Shown: positions 51,882 through 63,972 of the stretch, piece by piece
Position numbering within the stretch: position 1 is the first letter of the stretch
Layout of the letters: each line of letters opens with the position of its first letter
Source: Macrostomum lignano
Taxonomy: Eukaryota
Reading direction: 5' to 3'
Length of the DNA stretch: 64,000 bases
Assembly: GCA_002269645.1 (NCBI GenBank)
Contig: NIVC01000678.1
Coordinates: 12,725-76,724, forward strand
Translations under genes and position numbers: made by a program
Notes under the pieces: model-generated
Databases searched by the model: none
What the model saw: only the letters and a program-made list of their open reading frames with translations
What the model was told of the DNA's origin: nothing

Positions 51882-53392
51882 CCGGGCTGCAACTGGCTTC
51901 GATCGGGAAAAAAATTCTGGCTCTGCCGGAGCAGAAAATTGCGTCAAAATGAAAAATAAGGGGGCAACTGGAAAGAGAGGAGATGAGCAAGCCAGTGAGC
52001 GATGAGGCTCGGTTGGCTTTATACTGGGCAAAGAAATCTGCCCACTTCCCGCCCGCCTCCTCCGTCTACCTGCCTAAACTCGTTTCCCAACTTCCCATTT
52101 GACTCGGGGCGGTTCATTACCGAGCGGAAACTGCCATTGGCCGTGCAGATCTAGAGGATATTTTTCTGCGCAGAACGCACACCCTGATACGTCCTGTTCG
52201 CTTAGGAGAGAAAATCAAAGAAAAGGGAACAAGGGATAGACCAATGAAGGGGAAATGTCTTCACCTATGCATATTGTCAAGCAACTGCCTTTTTACCGCG
52301 TTTTCTATCCCTTCCCCAGCTCTCCAACAGCCGATGCAGAGTGGCACGCCGGTCTGGTCAGACTCCGACCACTTTGTGCCGCTTTGAACCAGCGAGATCC
52401 GCCTCGCCACAGGGCTCTCTGTCCTCAACCACTCCACCTCAGCGTCCAGGATAGGAAAGCAATAGCACGCCACGTACTAGGGGGTCAATAGAGACTCAAT
52501 AGAGAAATAATACAGACAAGCGGCTGAATTTGCAGTCTGGACGAACAGAAATGTTTGTGGCTCACATTCCTACATTGTCAATTGGAATGATTAACTGACT
52601 TATCTATTAATAACCCTTTATTAAAAATCTATCGCTTAAACTTTAAATGTCACATCAGTCACGGAGCCCTTAGTTTTCAAAACTGGTATTGGATTTTTTT
52701 ACCTTATTGAAATCGGGCTTAAACATCTATTTCCATGCTATAATGGATCAGAATTCTCAACCTGCTCGCCTTTTTCCGTCGATGTCTATGGGCAAGACCG
52801 AATCTACTGCCTGCCAAATGGGATTTTCAACTTGGTTGGACTTACTATCAACTTGCCTGACAAAAGCAATGTTAGCAGAAAGGAGCTAAAAATAACTTTA
52901 AAATTGTTGAACACAAAAGAACATTGAGACCTAACGGGCGTTCAAACTTTCGCCCAATTCAGTTCTAGAACTGGTTGGAACAGCATTTTTTTCCCGAAGG
53001 GGCAGCAGCAGTTTGTGTGCGTGAGAATGTTTCACTGTACAGTTTTAATTTTTACCTCACTGAGAGCTTTAGCAGCAACGCAATATTGTGTATGAATTGG
53101 TGAGAGAAGGTGAGAGAGAAAGCCGCCCCTGCTCCCATGGTTTCCGAGAGGGTGGGGGCCGACCAGGGCAGATACGCTGAGAAACGGGCATTGTACAGTT
53201 CAGAACTAGCTGCACAGCGGGGCTAGAGAGTACACCCATGTCCAAACCCACGCTAGCAAGCTGCATGCCAGCGAAGTACAGTCGGGCGAGTAAAACAGTT
53301 GCTGGGCATGCAGTTTAGCTGACTGATGCAGCTGAAATCGACAAGAAGACTCTACTTTGGTCACAATACATGCCGCTGAATCCGATAGCGTC

Positions 53393-56071
53393 ATGTACAA
53401 GCGCTTCGTTCGCGAGTCCTCAGAACTGGAGCCCTTCCGAGCTCAATGTGAGTCCTCCGGCGCCCACGGCAATCCAGAAGTCGACGATCTGTGGGCCCGA
53501 ATCGACGCGCGCAACCGTCGGCAGGCTTTCCAGACTGCCGCGCAGGAGCCAAAAATTGCTGGTGGCTCCTCCGATTTGAACGCGGCGGCACGGGCGCGTT
53601 ACCAATGGGGCACCGTGCGAATCTTCATCTCGTCCACATTCAAGGACTTCTTTGCTGAGCGCGAGAGTCTGGTCAAGCGGGTTTTCCCCAGCCTGCGAGA
53701 GTGGTGCGAGAAGCGCAGGATTGCCCTATACGACTACGACCTGCGATGGGGAGTGCCAAAAGACAGCACAAGCTCCGAAGCAGTTCGCACCTGTCTCGAA
53801 CTGCTCGATCGCTGCCAGACGGAAGCTGGCGGGCGCGTCTTCTTTCTGGGCCTGGTTGGCGACCGATTCGGCTGGGTGCCCGGGCCTGCTGACCTTGACG
53901 AGGAGCTGCAGCTTCAGTATGACTGGACGTTCGGCAGCTCGGTGACGCAGATGGAGGTCGTGCACGGCGCCATGGCGAAGCTGAGCCCCAACGCGCTCTT
54001 CATGGTTCGCGACTCGGCCTGCTACGCGGATATTCCGGACGCTCAGCGCAAGGACTTTGTTGAGCCAGCCGGCTCCGTCACCGCTCGTCACGTAGCTCGA
54101 CAGAAGCTGGAGTTAGCCAAGCGGTTCCCGCCAAGCCAGGTGCGCCTGTACTCGGTGCGCTACGCAGGAAGTGTCAAAGAGGGCAAGCGCGAGCGCGTTC
54201 AGTTCTCCGGCTTTGAAGAATTCGAGCGGCAAGTGCTGACCTTCTTTCAGAAAACAATTGCAGCAGAGTTTCCGCTGCACGTGGCCAGTGAGCCGCCAGA
54301 GGAGCCGGTGACTTCTAGTGAGAAGCCGACATCAGAAGCGGCAAGCGACAGTGGCGAGTCGAATGAGACCCACATCTGCTACATGTTTGCCCTGGCTGGC
54401 AATGCTCAGGGTCAGACGGCTTGCCTGAACTTGATGCGGGACTTTGCATCAGCCGACGATCCCGATGCCAGCAAGCTGCCGCCACTTTTTGGGGACCTGG
54501 AGGAGGCCAGCGAGACATCCGGCCTGAGGGCTCTGGCGATCTGCGGCGACACTGGGGCCGGGAAAAGCACAGTTCTGGCACGGCTGGGCCAGCTCTTCGT
54601 TGACAAGAAAGGCTTTGATGTGATGGCGCACTTTTCGCAGTTCAGTCCGACCTCAGGCGACGCACAAGCGCTTCGAAAGAAGCTAAGAGACTTTTTCCTT
54701 GACTTCGTGCCAAAAGAAAATGTGACTGCCATAACGAAGGATACAAGCGTTGAAAACATATTGGAATTGGTGTCCAAAATTACGAGTCGACGATTTATTG
54801 TTCTGATTGATGCCTACGAGTGCTTCTTCGAGTCCAGCCACCCCCGAGACCTGCTGCCAGCTGCCTGGCCAGCAAATGTTCGCTGCATCCTCACCTGTCA
54901 CAAATCGGAGGCGGCTCGCTGTTTCGGCGATCGAGTTGTGCACCTGTACAACCTGGAGCCTCTGGAGCCGGAAGCTTGTCGGGCTGTGTGCCGCGGCTAC
55001 CTGGACGCGTTCGGCAAGCGTCTGGACGCGGCGCAGCTGACCTCCCTGCTCGGCAAGGCCAGCGCCACCAACCCGCTCTGGCTGACGCAGGCCTGCGAAG
55101 AGCTGCGCGTATTTGGCGACTACGCGGCTCTGTCGCAGATGATCGCCAATTTCCCGGACGACACGCACGAACTTCTAAAAACCATCGGTGCTCGAATTCT
55201 CAAAGACGACAAACCGGACGGTCTGGTGGCCACCCTGCTATCGCTGGTCAGCGTCTCGCGCGTCGGCCTCTGGGAGAAGCACGCGAGACGGTTGCTCCAT
55301 TTTGCGTCCAATGGGCAGGAGACGAAAGACGAGAGCGAAAACGATGAAGTGCCCCTTGCGGAGTACCTGAGGCTCCGGCGGGAAACCAAAGCTTTTCTGC
55401 GTAGCATCGCTCGTGAGTCCACCTGTTTGACCTTTCAGCACCGAGCCTCGCGCGCCGCGGTACAGGAGCTGCTCCTGGCAGAGCCCGAGGCTGTCATCCG
55501 TTGGCACAGCCTCGTGGCCAACTTCATCTTGTCTAGGCTTCGGAATGGCTTTGACGCTGTGTTGTCTCGTGACCTGCCGCATCACCTGTACTATTGCGAC
55601 CGAAGGTCAGAGCTGCACAAGATCCTGTCATTCGACCAGAGCAGCAGACACATCGCTATTCGCATCCCGACCATCACGTCAAGCTACGTTTACAATTCTT
55701 GGCGCTGTCGCCAGGTGAAGGTGACGCCGGAGAGCAAGCAGGCTTCATTGGTGGTGTGCACCTTCTGCAAGAACCTGCCAACTCGAGTCGGCACTCTGAG
55801 GTCGGCCGGCTGCGCCTACTGCGGCATGATGATCATGCGGGGCCACTCGGTGCCAGCGGGCACCTGCCAGATGCACCAGGCCCCACATGCCAGCATGCTT
55901 CGCTGTTGGTTCTGCGGCAGGACTGACTCAAACGCAGCGCAGTTGTCGATCTGTTCGATGTGCAACAACATGTCCAGCCCGATGTGGTGCTGCCAGCCCG
56001 TATTGGAAACTGACAGGCAGTTCCGATTTCTTCAGCGTGGTCAGACTAAGCGGTCAAATCTGTTTTTTTGA
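53393..56071 (+). CDS. Intronless DUF4062 + NACHT/STAND NTPase (TEP1/NWD/NPHP3-like) with a C-terminal Cys-rich zinc module
   Basis: VRIFISSTFKDFFAERESL..DLRWGV (DUF4062). Walker A GDTGAGKS at ~54545-54568; Walker B FIVLIDA. TEP1-like LGK..ATNPLWL..ACEELRVFG. First in-frame ATG at 53393. Confidence 0.9.
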   Translation: MYKRFVRESSELEPFRAQCESSGAHGNPEVDDLWARIDARNRRQAFQTAAQEPKIAGGSSDLNAAARARYQWGTVRIFISSTFKDFFAERESLVKRVFPSLREWCEKRRIALYDYDLRWGVPKDSTSSEAVRTCLELLDRCQTEAGGRVFFLGLVGDRFGWVPGPADLDEELQLQYDWTFGSSVTQMEVVHGAMAKLSPNALFMVRDSACYADIPDAQRKDFVEPAGSVTARHVARQKLELAKRFPPSQVRLYSVRYAGSVKEGKRERVQFSGFEEFERQVLTFFQKTIAAEFPLHVASEPPEEPVTSSEKPTSEAASDSGESNETHICYMFALAGNAQGQTACLNLMRDFASADDPDASKLPPLFGDLEEASETSGLRALAICGDTGAGKSTVLARLGQLFVDKKGFDVMAHFSQFSPTSGDAQALRKKLRDFFLDFVPKENVTAITKDTSVENILELVSKITSRRFIVLIDAYECFFESSHPRDLLPAAWPANVRCILTCHKSEAARCFGDRVVHLYNLEPLEPEACRAVCRGYLDAFGKRLDAAQLTSLLGKASATNPLWLTQACEELRVFGDYAALSQMIANFPDDTHELLKTIGARILKDDKPDGLVATLLSLVSVSRVGLWEKHARRLLHFASNGQETKDESENDEVPLAEYLRLRRETKAFLRSIARESTCLTFQHRASRAAVQELLLAEPEAVIRWHSLVANFILSRLRNGFDAVLSRDLPHHLYYCDRRSELHKILSFDQSSRHIAIRIPTITSSYVYNSWRCRQVKVTPESKQASLVVCTFCKNLPTRVGTLRSAGCAYCGMMIMRGHSVPAGTCQMHQAPHASMLRCWFCGRTDSNAAQLSICSMCNNMSSPMWCCQPVLETDRQFRFLQRGQTKRSNLFF

Positions 56072-56864
56072 AACTGAAAATTTTAATTCGGTGTTTTTTG
56101 AGTGGAATGACACCTTCAAAGTGAGCAAATAAACAATTCCATTAACCTTCATTTAATTAACCCACTCTTGTTTTTATTTTAACGCAAATCTGCACAGTTC
56201 CGTCTGAAATAAAATGACCTTCGTTGTCCGCTAATTTTCTTAACGAGGCTGCGCACTAATTGCATCGAGTCATGTCTAGCCTATAGTCTTGTCTGCACTC
56301 GCTATGAAGAAGATAAAGCGATCCGACAACTGTAATTAAGGTGAGAACTCCGCGCTCACGCAGGTCTCCCTGTCACGCATTCGGTGACTGCATGGCATTC
56401 AGAATCCCTATTGGGGATAATGGGCTTGTTAAACGAAGCTTCAAATGAGGACACTGCTGCCATCTAGTCTGTCCATTTAAGTCGGAAAACTGTTCTCGAG
56501 TGATGGACAAGGAGGTGGATTTCAAACGAACTTTCTTTCCTGCCCCTTCTACTGATTAACAGTGGGATTACCGGCTTATGCAGAGCTGCTCAATACTCCT
56601 TTGTGAAGAAAATGCTTCTCACTAACTTTTTCGACTTAAGAAATGTTGCACAGCTCGTACTGGGTGGGGATGGGAATCCATGAGTCTTCTATTCTCACCG
56701 AGGCTGCACTCATGCGCTAAACTCTGCAGTTTTGTTAAGAGACGCTCTATTGCAAGCAAAGACAGATAAAAATACTTACTACCTGAGTAGCTTAAATGAG
56801 TCATATTCCTGAGTAGTTTAAAAGCGTATCATGATTACACGCAGTTGTATATTTGCGTCCTGGG

Positions 56865-57240
56865 TAGTTTTAATGTCGCATCCTTAGTAGCTCTAATCTC
56901 GCATCCTGGGTAGCTCTAATCTCGCATCCTGGGTAGCTCTAATGTCGCATCCTGGGTAGCTCTAATCTCGCATCCTGGGTAGCTCTAATCTCGCATCCTG
57001 GGTAGCTCTAATCTTGCATCCTGGGTAGCTCTAATCTCGCATCCTGGGTAGCTCTAATCTCGCATCCTGGGTAGCTCTAATGTCGCATCCTGGGTAGCTC
57101 TAATCTCGCATCCTGGGTAGCTCTAATCTCGCATCCTGGGTAGCTCTAATCTTGCATCCTGGGTAGCTCTAATCTTGCATCCTGGGTAGCTCTAATGTCG
57201 CATCCTTAGTAGCTCTAATCTCGCATCCCGAGTAGCTCTA
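56865..57240 (+). repeat. 23-bp minisatellite CATCCTGGGTAGCTCTAATCTCG
   Basis: About 15 copies, intergenic. Confidence 0.95.
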
Positions 57241-57589
57241 GGGTCGCAATGCCCGGATCCGTCGTCATGTACAGAATAGGTCTGCTTGAGCCTTTGAATG
57301 CAGCTTGCGTGGCATTTAATAATAAAGCAAAAGGGGCACTTTTGAGTGGTGTTTAGTTCATTGATTTTATACACAATTGATCTGAAAATCTAGCTCCGTA
57401 GGGATATGGTGCTCTGAAAGGGGAGCAATGTTGACTAAGTCCTAGTTTTTGCCTTGCACTTTATTTCAGTAGCTCGTAGGTCTCAGGCCAACAATGCTCA
57501 AGATAATCGAGGTACATCGTACTTCAGCAACTCCCTCAACCCCCGTCAGTAATTAAAGTTAGACCTTCAACCTTCCACCTCCCTATGAA

Positions 57590-57855
57590 CTGTTGCGCCG
57601 TTGGCGACTCCAGCGCCTGGTAGGCTATATCATCCGAGTCAAGTCGTACTGTCCGCAACCGGTGCTGCTGCTGAAGCTGCAGGCACCCTACCGGCGGTGG
57701 CAGGCGCGCACTCGGCGTTTCGTCGACTGCCTGCCGGTTGAAGCCGGCGCCCCGGACACTGCCGGCGGGGCGGCCTATGTTCGCGCCCAGGCCCTGAAAC
57801 GCTCAATGTGACATTGTCCCACGCTTGACTGGCTGACGTATTTTGTTGTTGTTCC
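57590..57855 (+). mobile_element. Second 3' fragment of the RTE-like LINE family
   Basis: RRWRLQRLVGYIIRVKSYCPQPVLLLKLQAPYRRWQARTRRFVDCL aligns by eye with the 27676-27948 ORF; short (TTG)3 tail. Confidence 0.75.
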
Positions 57856-59092
57856 AACAAGAATCGACATTTCAAACCAGTTTAATCGCCAGTTGAAATC
57901 GACGCTTTGCTGAAATTTTCCTTGAAACAAAACCGTCCACTTGAGAGACTGCATCGACCAATGATAAAGTTCTCGTCCAGCTTGACGCATTCTCAGGATA
58001 TCTGTGCCAAAAATTCTGGAATGGACAGCTTAAATTTTCTCGTCGTCGTGACAGTAAATCAATTCGCGATAGAAACACAAGATAATAACGGATATTTGCG
58101 TGATTGAGAGGACTCGTAAAACTGCGATTGAGTAGCCATGCAATGCAGGTCCTGCAGTCTGTTTTGCATAGTTTGCTCTTCCCGTTATTGTTGTTCCATT
58201 CAGCAATCCTTTGAGCCTCCGGCAGGCCCATTCTGCCTGCTGACGATTTCTTCAATCTGAAAATTTCTTCGTTGTCTTGCACGATTCAAATCTTTATTCG
58301 TCTACTTTTCTCAGTAGTCTAAATTGAGTCTTTCACTGAGACTATTGGTCCAGAGCGCTGCTGAAGATCTGAGAGAGAATGGGCATGGATGAACTGTTCA
58401 GATCAACAATTCAAATAAACGGAGTACATGAAGTGTAAAACCGATTTAATGCAATCAATGCAATCTACAATCAGTGACAAATTTGTTTATAAAAAAAATG
58501 CGTCACTTCTGTGTATTGGCATTTCTGATTTCCTTTTATTCAAGATTTAAACTGGCAGCTGATGCAACTTTTTATACATTCGTGCATTTACATCTGAACG
58601 CTGAAAACTTTATAATTCGAAGCAAGATTGGGTCTTGTCGTCACGTCACGTGACTTCCAGAATCTGTTGGCTTTTCGTCCTTTGCCTGCTATTTTAATCA
58701 GTAGTTACAAACAAGCTACTGTTAGTAGACGGTTAGTCGCAGATTTAACTCCGTTTAATGACTCATTTAAACAAACGCACTTACGGAACGGAATAAAATT
58801 ATTTATACTTTGAAGTGAAATCGGCAGGTGCAGTTGACATAACAGCTCTTCCCATCTGTCTTCGTGACGACGCCCGCAATACCACATTTAGGCTACCATA
58901 ATAAATTTGTATTAAAACTGTGTCTATATTGAAAGTTTGCAACTATATAGAGTCACTAAACACGACGATTAGAAGCGCTCTATATATACCCTATAATACA
59001 CATATTAGTGATGAATATAACATGGTTATATAATATTAATAATAATGATGATAATGAAAAAAAACTACAAAATTGCGGAACCACAAACACAT

Positions 59093-60951
59093 CTAAGTAA
59101 TAAAAGCGGTCACTGCGGCTGCTATGCTAGCATTGCATTTCGGACACCGGGTCAGCGGCTCCAGGCAGCGGTCGCACAGGAGGAAATGCGCGCAGGGCAG
59201 CGTGACCCGGTTCCTTGTCCGGTTGCGGCACCGGATGCACCGATCGTCAACTTCCGATTCGCCAGCCGGATCGGACAGATCCGTGTTTGCTGGGCCGCCG
59301 CCGCCGCCAAAACCAACTATTGCTGAGACAGACGAGGCTGCGAAGCTGGGCACCGCGTATGCGTCGACTGAGGATCCTCCACCGCCGCGGCCGGCACTAC
59401 CGTCGTGAGACGCCGAAGTCTCGGAGCCGCCAGCCGCAGGGTCAATCAAGCAGGAGTCGATCAGGCGGCGCAGGTCGAACCGAGCGGCAACAGCCGGAGC
59501 TCTGGGATCGGCATCTTCAACAGACTGCGCCAGGCGGAGCAGATCGCCCGGCCGCTCGATGCCGGAGCTGCCGCCGCCGCTAGCCGTGGAGGCGGCGCTG
59601 CGCAGGAACTGCCTGGCCAGGCAGACCTGCAGAAACGCCGGATCGAAGCCGTACGAAGCGGCCGCGCCAACAACCGGCGAGTCCAGCAGTAAGCGGAGCC
59701 GCCGCGTCGAGGGCAGGTGAAGCCGGACGGCGGAGTCGGCGGCTGACGGCCACTCGGCTGAGGTGGACGGCGCCGAGGCGAGGCTGACAAGCCGGGCGGC
59801 GAGACAGTCGGGCCGGTGCTGCTGCTGACTGGCCAGGCCGGCCTCTGCCTCACAGCAGAAGCAGATCAGTAGCCCAGATTCGTTGGCAAACCAGCCAGAC
59901 GAGGCGAGGGCCTCGCGGGTGGACTCGTCAACACCAGCCAGTCGCTGCGTGGTGGCCAAACGGTCAGCGTACAGCAGCCAGCCAGTGCGGGCGGACGAAG
60001 ATATGATCATCAGCACGATGACTGCAGGGGATATTGCAGAGGAATAACTGTGACCATGTACGATAACAATCCCAAATCTAATAGTCTGTGATCCCGAATC
60101 TATTAGTCCATGATCCCAAATCTAATAGTCTGTGATCCCGAATCTATTAGTCCATGATCCCGAATCTAATAGTCCATGATCCCGAATCAAATAGTCCATT
60201 ATCCCGAATCTAATAGTCCATGATCCCGAATCAAATAGTCCATGATCCCGAATCTATTAGTCCATGATCCCGAATCTAATAGTCCATGATCCCGAATCTA
60301 ATAGTCCTTGATCCCGAATCTAATAGTCCTTGATCCCGAATCTAATAGTCCTTGATCCCGAATCTAATAGTCCTTGATCCCGAATCTATTAGTCCATGAT
60401 CCCGAATCTAATAGTCTATGATCCCGAATCTAATAGTCTATGATCCCGAATCTAATAGTCCTTGATCCCGAATCTAATAGTCCTTGATCCGGAATTTAAT
60501 AGTCTATGATCCCGAATCAAATAGTCCTTGATCCCGAATCAAATAGTCCTTGATCCCGAATCAAATAGTCCTTGATCCCGAATCTAATAGTCCTTGATCC
60601 GGAATATAATAAGTCTCCATCCAGAATCTAACAGTCCCCGATCCGTGCCATTATTACGTTTTTAATTCTAGAATCTAAAAAGCCTGTTCAAAGAGAGAAA
60701 TCCCACAAAAAGCTAGATTTTAAACTTCGAAATAAAAAATTTAATGAAACAGTAAAGCTGTTACAGAAAGCTTGGGTCAGAGAAGAAGCAATCCTTGCTT
60801 TATAGCGCTACAAAAATACACCACTTCACCGCTTACCCGTTATTCCAACGCGTCGATTTTCGCTCAGAGCCAGAAACGCTGCACGGAATTGAGCCGGGTT
60901 TGGCGAGCCAATGACATCTTTAAATAATGCTGAGACAACTTCTTCAGACAT
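59093..60951 (-). CDS. IAP-like protein: degenerate BIR, UBA-like segment, C-terminal RING; two exons
   Basis: Exons 60951-60837 (G|GTAAG) and 60021-59093, both phase 1. RLATT..LASSGWF..CFCC..H.PDC; YGFD..LQV.LARQF; RING CIRC..LPCAH..CDRC..CPKC...I..F at the C-terminus. Confidence 0.82.
60065..60645 (+). repeat. 22-bp intronic minisatellite ATCCCGAATCTAATAGTCC(A/T)TG
   Basis: Direct reading in the IAP-like gene intron. Confidence 0.94.
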
Positions 60952-62322
60952 TTAATACGGTTCAAGTCTGACCTGAAATGATCGATGGGAGATGGCAGTT
61001 GCTGCTCCTGTATGAATTTAACCTTCGCGTACATGCAATTCAATGCAAAACCAGGTACAAGCATAGACAACATGAGGAGTTTCTCACACTTTAGAATTGT
61101 TTTTCGGAACATTAAAATGAAGAGCAATTTCTGTTCCTAAATTTCTGCACAAATATAGCCATTGTCCTTGCATGACAGCTCATCTAACAATTATAAAAAG
61201 TGTCATTGCATTAATTTAACACCTCAACTCAAGCAGCCGTTAGCATGATGTTGGTGACAGACAACTTTGCGAGACTAAATTAAATAATAAACGCGCGTCA
61301 ATCATCAATTACTTGACCGGCTGCGCTGCGTCATATTTATAGCAAGACACAGGCTAATTGTCCGCACAGGCTACAGTAAGCAGCCATGCCAAACTCTGAC
61401 AGCCTACGATGCGACAAGAATCACAGGCTGGTAAGAAAGACGTCAAGATACACCCAGACTGAGTCGAGCCTCACACGGGTTGCACTAACGAATAGTTCAG
61501 AGGCCAGCCTGACTACAGCTTGCATTCTGATGCCCAGCAACATGTCGAAACTGGACAAAAACGAGGAAGTCGACGAAGTGAAAAATTTAGCAGCGGAACT
61601 GGTTCACGGCGCGCTGGACAGGAGCTTCGAATTGCTAACCAAACCCTGACTAAGAATCAGCTGTCAATCTGTGTGTTTAAGCTGTGTTTTATTGAATTTA
61701 GTGCTGAAAATATCGTACCTCTTTCGTTGATAGATTTTTGCAAATACGCGCGGCAAGGATGCTTTTCTGTTTCTAATTTGTCAAGAGGTAAACCGTTAAA
61801 AGGAGAAACTTAATGCTTAATAACAGTATGGGGTTGCATTCAGTGGTTACAGAATGCGGCACTATGCATGTGCGATAACACTGCTTGTACATTATTTTTC
61901 GTCGCTTTGTAAATTAGTCGCGTGATTTTATATCGGTGTGAACGAGCCATAATATGTAAAAGCGCACCTAATTTTATCCTTTGTGCAATTTCTAATTCTA
62001 GCTGTATAAATAGGGTTTTATACTGAGAGCAATTTAAATATTTAATGAGCCAAGTGCGCAGAATACTAACGGTCCGCTAGTTGTAGCAAACCAATCAGTG
62101 CTCGAAGGCGTTGGTCTGTGTTTATTAGCTCACATTAAATTCGTCGCCATAGCCGTGGAGCACGTAGCGACAACAGGACTTGTTTAATTAAGGCGTCGAT
62201 AGTCCTAGCTTTGAAGCGCTGTACAGGCGATAAAGTGAGCAAGGAACATTGTACACAAAGCCGATAGATTAAATTACAAAGTCAGAAAGCATTAAGGCTA
62301 TTCTGAGAGTTGAGAAACCAGC

Positions 62323-62770
62323 ATGTCTGTCGTCAACAAAGGAAGTGCAGACGAAACGGAATCCAAATGTCAAATGCAAGCCAAGAAAAGTGAAGGAAAC
62401 ACGCGCAGCACCACAGAGAGCAATGACCAAACTAAGGGTACGCACAGATCACGTGGACTTTCTGTAACTAGCAAGACGTTAATTAATTGAAGGTTAAGAC
62501 TTCCATCGTGTTCAACACCTGTTTTTAGCAGGTCGCAGCTATACAGGTGATAGCAAAAAGAGCAATAACAGCGGATGCGTGTGTCTGATCGGCTGCACCC
62601 TGGACCTGGTGCAGGATGTTGCAAAGCAACTTCGCCAACTGCACAAAGATGACGTGCAGCTGCCAAAGGAGAGCAGGACTAATCGAGATGCCTTAGTGAA
62701 CCGATTGGAAGAAGAAGTAAGGCAGCACAAGGCGGAACAACAGTGCGTGTGTGAAAACTTGAAGAACTAG
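62323..62770 (+). CDS. Small orphan two-exon protein (~117 aa) with a C-terminal helical segment
   Basis: Exons 62323-62437 (AAG G|GTACG) and 62532-62770 (TTTTTAGCAG|), both phase 1, giving one open frame MSVVNKG..CVCENLKN. Confidence 0.55.
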
Positions 62771-63972
62771 CGCAGCACGTCAATCTGATGTTTAATACAG
62801 CTACTGACTACTCACTGATACAGTAAAATGAACTGTTCAAGTTGTGAAATGCGAATCATGACAAAAATACACAACCTATGTGCAGACAGTGCAACAATTG
62901 GTTAATAGTTTATAGTATACTCCAATTATATCCTTTGAAATGGGCGTGTTTGGCCTTTAAGGAAAACCCAAAGCTTTCATCTATCTGATATTAGAAAAAC
63001 GACAAACGAGTCATCCTAAGTTTTTAATTAAATTTTTTCAACAGACTACTAAAAGTAGATAAGTAGTATTGTTTTTGACAATCTAAATGATAATTTGGAC
63101 ATTCATGGCCAATAGCTGCTCTATGGCTGCTGCAGCTCGCTCCGTGGACAGAGTCTGTGGACAATCTAATCGATAAATGCTCTCATTGCGCGCCACTACA
63201 GTAGCAGCAGCAAATTACACACAGAAGCAGCAGAATGCTGCCTCAAACAAGTGAATCAGTCGCCGTCGCCTGATTGATGGCATCAACGTTGGGCACTTCA
63301 TCAAAGAGGCAGCAAGGGTGCTGCAGCTGCCAATTCTTCCATCCTTTGTTGTCTTTTGTTGTCTGCCTTTTAATCACTATAGATTGACTTTTAGCTGAGT
63401 TATTGTTCCATTAATGAATCAGTTAAAAATTCAAACAGTCTGTTGAAAACATTTGGCAGCAAAAATTATCACTTAAAATGAATGGCTTTTTCTTCTTTTG
63501 AATGTCCAAATTATCATTTAGAATGGCTTTTCATCGATTAGATTGCTCATGGACTCTATGTCCAATACCAGTTTGCCAGCAAGTTGCTGCAGCTTGCTGT
63601 ATGCATTTCTCATTTTGAATGTCCAAATTCTCATTTAGATTGTCAAAAACAATATTAAATATATTTAAACTGTTTTAGAGGCTAATCAGTAAGGGGCAAC
63701 CTATACTAAGCCTTTCCTACAGTTCATACATGTATAGCTAAATAGCATCATAGGGGCCCAGCTACTTAAGTAGCAACAGTATAGTCTAGATCTAGCCTTG
63801 TGAAATTTTATTGCATTATTCTCATAGATCAATTGCCTATTCAAGGGAATCCTATGGATACTACTTTTGGAATAGCCAAAGTAAAAAAGCTGAGGATGCC
63901 TATGCTAAGCATGCAAGGGCACAGGTGAACAAGAAACCTGTGTTATCCTATCCTATTAAATCGAAATGTTGT

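Noticed and set aside
53262-53315. Hairpin CTGCATGCC..GGGCATGCAG upstream of the NACHT gene
   Set aside because: Single short stem with no recognisable ribozyme or ncRNA core.
53357-56132. Many overlapping and antisense ORFs across GC-rich genes (also within POLRMT, ATE1, CTU1)
   Set aside because: Shadow ORFs expected from high GC3 coding sequence.
57872-58282. 136-aa minus-strand ORF
   Set aside because: Non-ATG start, no recognisable motif, no supported splice partners.
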